From assembly GCA_965153455.1 (NCBI GenBank), contig OZ234494.1, positions 10,478,001 to 10,542,000 of the forward strand: a stretch of DNA of 64,000 bases, in the 5' to 3' direction. Source of the DNA: Sphagnum compactum (Eukaryota). The position numbers and the translations under genes are program-made. How positions within the stretch are numbered: position 1 is the stretch's first letter; each line of letters starts with the position of its first letter. The notes beneath the pieces are model-generated. The model was given only the letters and a program-made list of their open reading frames with translations. It was not told the origin of the DNA and made no database searches. This document shows, in pieces, positions 53,695 to 64,000 of this stretch.

Positions 53695-53870
53695 CCTTGG
53701 TATTGCAACACATGTTTATCAAATAATTGATTCATTTTGAGATTTTCATTCCCAAAATATAATATTTTTGAAATTTCAATATATTCCTTCATAAAATTTT
53801 TGTTATTTCAAAATTTTGAGAATTTCAACATTTCTAAATATATATATAATGAATGTCAAAGTTACCAACA
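53695..53870. mobile_element. Same MITE family, copy 4
   Basis: TA|CCTTGGTATTGCAACACATG ... ATGTCAAAGTTACCAACA|TA. Confidence 0.5.
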
Positions 53871-54199
53871 TAGTATATTAAGTTATTTTCCATGATATCA
53901 TTGCCAATTATATGTGGAAGAAGACATGGAGAAGGATGTGCTAAATGAAGGACTTAGACAAATGCAAATTGGCCACAATCCAAGCTTTCACCAATTTAGA
54001 CTCATCAATGCCATGTTGATAATATGGTTGAAATTTTAAATCATTGCCATGTTTACTTAAACTACATGTCTTCCTTTTCTTTCCTTAAAACTAATGATAA
54101 AACCATGATTCAAAATTTTTCAACCAAACATCATATTGAAATGTCTTTTCACATATTTCTATAATTTTATAACTTTGGGTGTGTCAGGGAGTTTGTAGG

Positions 54200-56300
54200 T
54201 GTGCTTAGGGCTTTCATCCCTTTTGCTTCAACTTCAACATCATCAAAGATGGTTTGGGTGTTGTAAGCCCTACATCCTTTGGATTTGGATTCCCCCTACT
54301 TGGACTTTTGAACAAATTTTGTACCAAACATAGATGTGAAACCTTCCATGGATTCTTTTAGGTTAGTTTTTTTGTGCATGTCCCATTTGTTAACAAATGG
54401 TTGGTCCAACATGGTCTTTGAACATTTTCAAGATTCTTTCAACCTTGAGGATTCAGCTAATGGTTTCATTCAACTTCATTAATTGAATTCCCATGCAGTC
54501 ATTGGCTACATCGCATAATCCATGGCTCGCATTATTGGTGTTGTTAAGATTCTGATTTTGGCCAAGCCTTTAGGTGGCATCCAACCAATTGTAGTGGGTG
54601 AGGCATTTTATCAACTGGTGAACATGGTTTTATATTTATATTTTTGCGATGTGTTTTCTTTTCATTTGTCACTGCATTAGTTCAGTGTGGTGGTTAGGGG
54701 TGGTTGTGAAATAATGGTCCATGGTATTTGAATCGCTTTATATGTCAGCCTTGATTGGGCGGTGCTTTAGGTGGACGTAGCAAATTCCTTCAACAAAATT
54801 TTGCATACGACCATCTTCTAAGAGATTTGAACAACATGAAAGCTAATTATTTCAACTTTTCCCCTTTGTTTGTTCCTTTTATGCTCTTCAGTTTCCTTTG
54901 TTCTTTAGTCATCACCTTCCCTCAGGAAATTTGTTTGTCATCCTTTCATTTATGGGCACATGTTAAAGTGACCCCCTTGTTGGGCTTCTTTTTGTGTTCA
55001 CTCATTTTTGTATTGTGTGTTATTCTTCAAACATTTTTCCCTCATGTATTTTCCCTTGGGTGATGACACCCACATTTTCAACCTTACCCATGTTATTCCC
55101 CTTGCCTTTAATCATTTTGTCTTCCAATTGGTTTCTATGGGGTTAGATGTTTATCCTCACAAGTGCTCGGTTGGGCCCCTTCTGGCCTGCCTCCTAAGTT
55201 CACCCTCCTAGTTAAATTTTATTGCCTTATCGACGATATTAATATCTTGGGTTTCTTTTTTGGTTTCGATTCCTTCTCTTCATCCTTTTTGTAAGAAGGT
55301 TTTAGATGAGGATGTTTGTCATGTTGATGTGCTCCAAAGGTTAGGGGATGTTTAAATGACATTTGGGATCTTCCTTTGGTGTTTTGCTTAAAAGCCTTCT
55401 TATCTACTCAATTGCTTCCCCCCCTCTTTCAGGTTTTTCAAAGCTAGTATGTCATTTTCAATTTGGTTTTGTTGGGAGTTTTTAAGAGGGTTTTGGGCCC
55501 ATGTTCTTTTAAGTGCCCTTAGGTTCCCTTAGTGTGCCAACAAATTTGTCTCCCCATTTTGACTAGAAGGTTAGGCTTCATTTATGCACAAGACAATATT
55601 CCAATGACTTGTCTAAGGAGTTAGGCTATAGTTGCCCCCATCGTTGCTTCTAGGTTTCTATTGGACTTTTGCCCATTATTATTAAAGGTGATAGGAACGA
55701 GCAATTCATGTTTTTCGTTGTGACAATGGTGGGGAGAAGATGACTTCCCATGATGTTATGTGGGATGTCTTTGCATCAATCACAAAGGATGAAAATTTTT
55801 AGGTTTTATGTGAGCAGACCCATGTTCTTTCATTGCCTACTTTTTAGTCTACGTGTCGATGGGTTGACATTGTGGTTTTGGTGGATGGCGTCCAAATGTT
55901 GGTTGAGAACATCATTGTTGACCCCACTTTAATAAATTTGGTTTTGTGGGCAGTTGTATTTCATGGGGTTGTCATTACAATTGTGGTTCAATCTAAGGAT
56001 GGCCTTATCGTGATCGATACTCAGTGGATCAGTTTCTCCCTCTAGCCATAAGGGTGTTTGGGTGTTTGCATTAACAAGTCAATGGTTTTTTTCATCAATG
56101 TGTCAACATGGCATGGGGTGCAAAAGGCTCTAGAGGCTTTCCTCTTTCGGTTCTATGTTCATTTTATAAGTAAAAGGTATTGGTGGCGTCGTAACGAACA
56201 TGGGCATCTTCTATTTCAAGGTGTGTTGTTATTGTAGGCGAGGTTCTTCTAGGTTAAATGTTATTCTAGGTGTTCTTCCCTTCTCCATATCTTATATGTT
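54200..56300 (+). mobile_element. Decayed CRE-like non-LTR retrotransposon (RT plus restriction-like endonuclease)
   Basis: GGIQPIVVGEAFYQLV (~54573), H*FSVVVRGGCE..VHG, VDVANSFN, LGDDTHI (~55060) and C-terminal DQFLPLAI.VFGCLH. These match CRE-clade GG.RPIAVGE, QFGVG..GGCE, D..NAFN, DD and RLE motifs. Many stops. Confidence 0.78.
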
Positions 56301-59300
56301 CCTTACAATTGGGGGGGTTTGAATACTTGATTTGTTGATGTTCCCCTTGTTGTTCACCCTTGTTGGTGGTTTCTTCTTTTTGCATAGATGCAAATCCATC
56401 CATCTTATACCAAGTCCATGTACCTTTTTCTCCCCCTTTTTAGGTGTTTTATTTCATTGATGATTAGTAAGTTTTCAACAATTTTATTATTTATGTTTTT
56501 GGATAAAGGCACAAAACACAACATGGTTTTCAATCTTTGTTGTAACTAATTTGATGATGAACAATGGTACTGAAAATTTCAACTATCAAAGTGCAATCAT
56601 AATCAAATGAGTTAATGGTGACAAAGGACTCAACCACAAATGTGCCTTTTTTGAACATTTTGATTTTTTCATAGAAAGGATTTTTTTTCAACATGTTCTT
56701 AAAAATATTTATTATTCTCCCAATAAATTAAATTACTTGTGGTAACTTTTTAAAAATAAATATGAATTTTCTAAAGGTGTGTAAATTATGCCAAATTTTA
56801 TGTTTTGTCTTGAAAAATGATCATAATTTCAAATCATGTTAAAATTTGATAATTACTTTAAACTTTAGTTTTGTGTATCACAAGCCATAACTTTAATCAT
56901 ATGTCATGCACATTATGACTCACTTAAATCTAGTAAATGATTTTTGAAATTTGAACATTTTGAAATTATATTTTGAATTTAAAAAAAATTCAAGTACCAC
57001 AATTTTTTAATTATGAGTGTTTTTCATATGTGGATGGTAGGTTATCATCATTTCAAACAAATTCCCATCAAAAAAAATATATTAAAAGGTCCTAGCCTAG
57101 TGTTTTATAAAATTGATTTTTGGTGTTAAAGCTTAAAAGTCATTAACTAAAATCAAAACTCAATTTATTAAATTAAATGATTTAAAAAAATCTTCAAGAC
57201 GAGTCATTTAAATCATTTAGCACAAATTTCTTTGATCAACCTGACATTAAAGTGACATTACATACATATATTTGAAAAAATTGATAGTTTTTCAATTGTT
57301 TGGCATGGTTTTTGGTTCGTTTGACTATGATCACACCCATCAAAATGCAGTTTGTTTAATATTGCCAGTCAATTTCAAAGGTTTTGCATGGAGAAATAAG
57401 ATACATAATACATGTATTGCTGTTTACGATTGAAGTTTGTGTTGCTTGTACTTTGTTTAAAATAACGCATGGTGCAACATTGCTAACATGTAGCTATGCA
57501 TATTTTTATTAAAAGGTGATCAACTATTGCTTTAATCATACAATATTTCATTTGAACAATGAACATTATATTTAGGAAGATGATTTCATGGCCAATGAGT
57601 GCAAAAATGTTAGATTGTTTGTCCATGTTAATATATTTTTTCGAACATTGATTCAATGAATTGTTCAATCTACTTGTTTCCTTTCTCAATTATTTCAACC
57701 ATGTCCTTCTTTGCTTGTGAAGAAATCCTTTTAATCCTTATATTTTTACCAAATGTGTTTTTGGTCACAAGAATCAACTTGGGCAATTTTTTTACAAAAT
57801 CATTATAAGTGTTATTCATGGGTTCATTCTTATATAATGTTATTTGGAAGTTATAGATAAAAGTTATAAAAGAATAATTGGTGCGCAATCAAAGATGTCT
57901 TGTAAGGAGGTGTAAGGGACATACGAAAACATATGTAAAAACATAAACATATATGTGATATTTGGAAATCTCTCAAAAGTTTTATACAACTTCTAAATAG
58001 ACATGTATGTGGTTATTCATAAAAGTATAAAGGCCCTAGGGAATACTTATCAATTTATTGTGTCTTTTTAACATGGTTCAAAAGAAAAAGACACCTAGGT
58101 TTCGTTATTAACCTTTGCAAAAGCTATTGCATTATTGTGGGCCCATATGAGGTATTTGTGCATTTTCCTATGAGGTAGTATATTCAAATGTTTTCAAACC
58201 TTTTTTTTTTCATTATTGTCAATTTCAAATCAAGGATGCAATCATCCCTTCTTATTTTGAAAACTTGTTTAATCAAAATTCATTTGATTGCTTTTGAATT
58301 CCTTGTTTAATTTTTATTCAAATTGTGTACTTGATAAGAGGTGTAGTTGTTACTTGTTACCTTTGATCTTGTCAATTATAATGATCTCATACTAAACTAC
58401 CTTAGAATGTTACTTGTAGGTATGGATGCATTGGTGTGAGTACAGGAGTGTTAAGTGTTATACCACCTAGTGTATAGTATGAATATTGATATCGATATAA
58501 TTGTTGGTAACTCTTTCATCGATATCTCATTTTGAATGTCACATATGATATCCACAGAAAGAAAGTAGGAAGGATTTACAAGGAAGACATGTCAATGGAC
58601 ACAAAAGTTGGCCATGAGGAAGGTGCAACCATAGCTGGAAAGTGTTCCCCTAGCTTCCAAAGAGAATGCACACATGCATCATAGCAAGAGGAGTGGTACG
58701 AGATGGACAACTTCCTGGTATCACGTATGAAGCCTACTAACCTCTGGTCAATTTTTTTTATTAAATAATATTTAAATCAGTGAAATGATTTTTTAATGAC
58801 AATATGGAGTTGAGGTGTTGAAAACCATCATAATTATCTCAGGCTACAATCTGAATATTTTCACTCCTTCTATGACAATATCATAGTAGATCATGAAAAA
58901 ATAATAAAATTCATTTTCTGAAAAATATTTTTAAATTAAAAAAAATTCTTTTTGTCCATGTGGAAAAGTTGTGGGTTACAAGTAAAGCCCTTAGAGGGGG
59001 GGGGGGGGGCGGGGGGGCTACCTCTTGTCCTAGGCCCCTTATTTTTAGAATGCCCTTGTCATAGGACTTTATTGTGCAAAGGTTTGGAAGATTAAGAATT
59101 GATATGTATGACATATGATAATATATATACAAGCATATGAAGAATTGGAAATGTAATTGTTAAATACATTACATTAAAATGTTATACTTCCAAGTCTCTC
59201 ATCATATTGAATATTGGCACAAATTTATCATTGATTGCCAAAAAAACTTCAATACTACACTAAGTGTGAATGCTTCATGCTTGTGTGGTAATTTGGGTGA

Positions 59301-59940
59301 AATAATCATGGGCCAATAAATTAAAAATTCATTTTTATTCAATGGTTCAAAAGTCAATACAACCTATATAAGGAAGGTAGTTTGTTTGTCATGTTGAGAT
59401 CTTCCAAATCACATTGCCTCTTACCACACTCTTGGTACCTTGGAAAGTCCTCAATGAGTAAGGATGCAACCTCTAGACTTATGGTGTAAGAGTTATTGAA
59501 TATTGAAGAATTTTTGTCGTTGAAAATTCAATGAAATCAAAACTAATTTTTTTAAAGGGAAAAATGGGGGCAAGCTCTTGTTATTTTTGGAAAGCCTTCC
59601 ATGAGTGGGTTTTCTTGAAGATGATTTTGTAATTTTTAGACCTAAGGTATTTTGGGAGGGAGGGAGGGGGGATGTTGAATTTTGAGCATTTTGGTGAGTG
59701 ATTTTTTAATTTAATTTAATTTTTTTCATGATTGGGTTCTATGGTCAAGGTGCTATTCACACTTGGAGTAGTTACATAGCCATGTTTGCACTTGGGCCAG
59801 TGTCTTGTTTGCACTCGGGCGAGTGGCGAAAGTCACACTTGTCTACATAATTTGACATGCCTTTATACACTTTAACATTCATAAAAGGCTAAACAATAGG
59901 CTAATGAGGGATATGTAATATGTACCATGTACCAATTTCG

Positions 59941-60200
59941 CCCTAAAAGTTGGCCATGGATTTTAGGGCACCCATGGATTTTGAAAAAAATTGGTGAAAT
60001 TTTGCACCCCCAAAAAAAAAAAAAAATTGGCCTAAAAGTTGGCCATGGATTTTAGGGCACCCATGGATTTGAGTCAAATTCAAAATTTCACCAAAATTTG
60101 AATTTCGCCAAATTTTTTGTTTTGGAATGAAAGATAGCCAACTCTTTTAGGGCACCCAACAACTTTTTTTTTTGGGTGCAAAATTTCGCCAAAATTTGAA
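59941..60200. repeat. Patchwork of a 40-bp direct repeat and an inverted local copy
   Basis: CCTAAAAGTTGGCCATGGATTTTAGGGCACCCATGGATTT at 59942 and 60031. Region 59984-60044 is approximately the reverse complement of 60137-60195. Confidence 0.8.
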
Positions 60201-62139
60201 TTTCTTTTTGGAGTTGTCGCCATTATAAAGGACTTTTTTGTTGGGAATTTTTTGGAAAAATAGTCCCAAAAAAAAAAAAAAAAGCTGGGGAGATTTTGGA
60301 TTGGGTTTGCTATATTTAGAAGGCTTGCTCTTGCAAGTCATCAAACAATTAACATAATTACAAATTTGTTTTTTACTATCTTACTTTTCCTATTGCCATT
60401 TAATGTTAAATCTTTCTTGGGATCCTAGCCAATGGCACAATATCAAAAAATTGAAAAAAAAATTTCTTGACATCCAGGTAAATAATAAATGATGTTAGTT
60501 TATTTAATTCCATCCCCCTCTTATTTGAGGTGTGATTGGATGCCATGGGGGTGGGAGGGTCCACCTCTTGTTTCAAGGGGGAATCTTCCACCCTCGTGTA
60601 TGAATTTGTGGGGGTGAGAGGGACCTACCCCCTATTTCATGGGAGAATCTTCCATCCTTGGTTTATGAATTTAAGGAAGACTAATAAAGGGTAGCAAGAG
60701 GAGATGCAAAGTGAGAAAAATACTTATTGGGATTTATGAGGGGAAAGCTAGAGTTGAATATTTACACATAAAAACATGCACAATTTTTATTTTTGTGTGT
60801 AGTTGTAAGTAGCCTTTCAATAGGCTTTTCAAAAAGCATAATGGTCATGAAGTTGAGGATTACATTTTTCAAAATACCTATTATTTTTTTTACTCTTTTT
60901 TTTCCCACAATACCCTACATGTATCTAATGGGTACCTACAAGGTATCATGGGAAGAAAAAATAAATAAATAAAAAAAATTAAGTGACAGGTCAAAAATAT
61001 TGTGTTGAAGAAATAAAATTAAAATATGTTAAACTTTTGTAATTGGAAACTAATAAAAAAATATTGAATATGTATAATTGAAAAGACAAGAAGAGGGAAT
61101 GAGGAATTTATTAATGAAAATATCAAGTTCCCATCAATGTTTTAAAAATTATTATGTAGGCTAAGTGGCAATGATCCATATGAAGATGTAAATGTTTTTT
61201 TATGATAAACCTCACGAAGATTTAGCCAAATATGGCTGTAACCCAAATATGAAGTACAAATCTTTAATCAACCTTTCTATATTTATGGCTACACACTGAA
61301 AACTAAATATAGAAATTTGACAATTTTTATTATGTTTCCCCTCACTAAACCCTAAAAAAATCATTTCATTTTTTTATTTTGAAATTTTTTAACTTCACTT
61401 TTTGGTGAAATTTTGCCAGTAAAAAAAGGCCGGTTAACATACATACATATATGGATTCCAAAATACATATCCCATACACACATACATACATACATATCCC
61501 ATCCTTTCTTGTTCTTTTTCTCTCTTCTTTGTTGTTCCCTTTCAGCATGGCTTGTTCATCTGCATTTTTTGTTTCACTTTCTTTTGGTTGTCTTTAACTC
61601 TCTTTGAGTTCATCTTTCTTGTACTTTCTCCTTTTGTTTTTCTTTCCTTGTCTTGCGCATCTTCAGAAGTTTCTTTTTTCTTTTTTCTTTTCCACTCTCC
61701 TTTGCTCTTGTTTTGGTCTACTATTTGGCTTTGACCACAGTCTTAGTAGAACCGTTCATTCCTTTGTTGATCAAAAGAAAAAGAAAAAAAAGAAATGAAA
61801 AAGAAAAAAAGCAGAAATAAAGGAAAAATGGAATTAAAACATAGAAATATGCATTATTCTAGTGCATTTTTATTCCATTAATTTTCACTACAATTTTTAC
61901 TTTTTCATTCTTGAGCACACTTTTTCATGCAAGGCAAGATGCCAGTTCACCCCGTGCAAGTGGGGGCCATTCACAAGTTGTGTGGTGGATGAGTGATAAT
62001 GGCACACAAGGGTATAAGTAGTCAGAGACGGGTATCAATACTGGTATCAAATACCAAACCAGTTGGGTATGACCTAAGTCTGGTACAAGTAAGTGGGAAC
62101 TACGAAATTCTTACAAAAACCAAATAAGTAAATGGGGAC

Positions 62140-62297
62140 CCAAACTCGTTTTATCCTGTCTTTCCTTTTTCCTGAGCGCCTCCAGTGCGGCTACATATAT
62201 TTTCGCTGCTCCTACCTGTAAAACAACTACTGTAGTTACTGTCGAACCTTGTGCATTAAATGCTGAGTTTTCAGTGTTTCATATACTGAGATTTAAT
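62140..62297 (-). repeat. Right arm of the diverged inverted repeat pair (partner 42650-42805)
   Basis: Contains CCTGTCTTTCCTTTTTCCTGAGCGCCTCC and TCGAACCTTGTGCATTAAATGCTGAGTTTTCAGTGTTTCATA, the reverse complement of the left arm. Confidence 0.8.
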
Positions 62298-63182
62298 AAA
62301 ATTTCCTTACTTTGCAGATGCCACTTGCCTAGATGTCTTTTTACCTTAGATAGTACAGCCTTGCTACCACAAACCCTCGACTTGTAGGTGTATATGATGA
62401 GGGCCCAGAAACAGGCCATTCTGGATAAATGCAGGCCTGGCATCATGTGATTAGAGTCAAGTGCATGATAAGAATTCGTAGAACAGCCCCCTTTGAGATC
62501 GATCTGGTAGAATTTTAAACGGCTGTGATATGATCCATTTGAGTCATGAGAGGAGCCATCTGCTGGTTCCACTTTTGGTATAGTCAGTTTCACACGTAAT
62601 GTGAAGTGACATTGAAGAACATGCTCGAGATGTGATTCACAAAAAAGTGGGGGAAACACCCAGTTACGTTCTGGAAAATGCCCCTTTAGTAGAACTGGTT
62701 ACCACCGAATGGAACAATGACCTGGTGGAACATACCAGACTGGCCACATTCCTCGGTGGAATATGGGTCCTACGACGACGTCGGTTCCATAGTAAATTCA
62801 AAACCCACTTGCTTGCTTGAGATTCTTTATCTCATGTATTCCAGGCATGCCCACCTAACTAACGGAACAACAACAGCTTACCTCTACCAGTCTTGCCACA
62901 TTCCGAGGTGGGATGCGTCTTACTAGGTCCCGTTCCATAGCACATTCCAAGCCCACTTGCTTGCACATATTCGAGACCCTGTGGCCATGGCTTCTAGGGC
63001 AAGTCCGCACCTACACTTCTTACCCGGGTTAAAAAGCCCCCAATATTTTGGGTTGTTTATGAAAAAAAAGTATAAATATTTTTTGTCCCAAGTGAAAATC
63101 AGAGTCTCTTTGAGTCCAAATTTAACTTTTATTGGGTTAAATATAGCCACTAATAAAAATTATATATATATATATAGTTGAC

Positions 63183-63266
63183 CCACTAAGAGGCCTCACT
63201 CAAGTGTCAGGATGAACCAGCACCCACATTTGGACCTTCACTTGTTTGAGTGAGGCCTCTTAGTGG
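63183..63266. repeat. 84-nt hairpin with a perfect 21-bp stem
   Basis: CCACTAAGAGGCCTCACTCAA (63183-63203) pairs with TTGAGTGAGGCCTCTTAGTGG (63246-63266). Confidence 0.9.
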
Positions 63267-63699
63267 CCATTTTGCTTTTTTTTTTAAATAATAAATCTCA
63301 GGCAACATGGTCAAGGGAACTTTTTGGAAAATTTTGCAAAAAAATTGCCACATTTCAAGGAAGAAAGTTATGAAATTGGTCAAGATTTTTGGAGGATTTG
63401 GGCAATTTTTTTCTAACTTTTGAAATCGCCATATCTAGCTAATAGTTTTAGTGGTTCACCAACATGTAATAAGATTCCTAGATTTGTTACTTCTCAAATT
63501 TGTCTTGGCTAAATCAGATTTGGCTAAATCCTGTGATGGCTGATTATCACTTTTGAAGAAAAATGAGAAAATTGATGAAAAAAACTGCTTCCTATCACTG
63601 GAAAATGACCTATTAATTACCCTAACAAGTTGGGTAAAAGTCCCTCAAATAGGTAAAAACAAAGATGAAAAAATCCTCAACGATAAAATCTCCCCAACG

Positions 63700-64000
63700 T
63701 ATTCGTACCGACGAGAAGGAAAACGTAGCTGTAGCGTATGAAAATGGTATGTACAATTCCGCGTACATACTCCGTAGATTCTCTTCGCAGACTTTCCTGC
63801 CCGGGCGCCCGGATTCGTCGTCGTCGTCGTCGCACCGCCGCTCCTCCTCCTCGTCCCCACTTCGGCGCTCCTCCTCCTCTCGCAGTCGTCGCCAGGCACT
63901 CCCCCCCTCGTCACCCAGTCATCGCCTGGTGTAGGCCGTTAGCAGCCGCGTTGAATTTCGGGGGCGGTACAGCAGCAGCAGCAGCACAAGAAGAAAAAAG
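63700..64000 (+). other. CpG-rich, probable 5' region of a gene continuing beyond the window
   Basis: Abrupt GC/CpG rise with TCG, TCC and AGC microrepeats, like the 5' ends of the other genes here. No recognisable domain. Confidence 0.45.

Noticed and set aside
52830-57900. Possible Helitron helicase remnants flanking the CRE-like element
   Set aside because: Only a GQTI-like word was seen, which is insufficient.
58996-59018. Poly-G tract as a functional G-quadruplex
   Set aside because: Isolated homopolymer in repeat debris, with length unreliable in assemblies.
63665-63934. Ser/Arg-rich ORF as a real protein, or TGA readthrough on the minus strand
   Set aside because: Explained by trinucleotide microrepeats, and the locus is truncated by the window edge.

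Overview
Eukaryotic, intron-rich land-plant DNA. A bryophyte such as a peat moss (Sphagnum-like) is my best guess from gene content and repeat style; this is not verified. The left two-thirds holds five host loci: an intronless acidic hypothetical gene (-), a 9-exon FAD-dependent monooxygenase disabled by a stop plus a frameshift in exon 3 (+), a chloroplast RelA/SpoT homologue of the RSH2/3 type (-), thylakoid FKBP19 (-) and a CBP1/MEE14-like gene (-). From about 43 to 62 kb is an AT-rich graveyard of decayed transposons (hAT, CRE-like non-LTR, MITEs), bracketed by a diverged inverted repeat pair. The standout is a young 3,324-bp pogo-like DNA transposon (7496-10819) with perfect 26-bp TIRs and a TA target duplication. 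Its 7-exon DD37D transposase has about 85% G/C-ending codons in the exon counted and uniform GCAG acceptors, which look foreign (green-alga-like) and suggest recent horizontal transfer. It sits immediately before a decayed Helentron-type AP-endonuclease sequence. All family assignments come from recalled motifs, not database searches.
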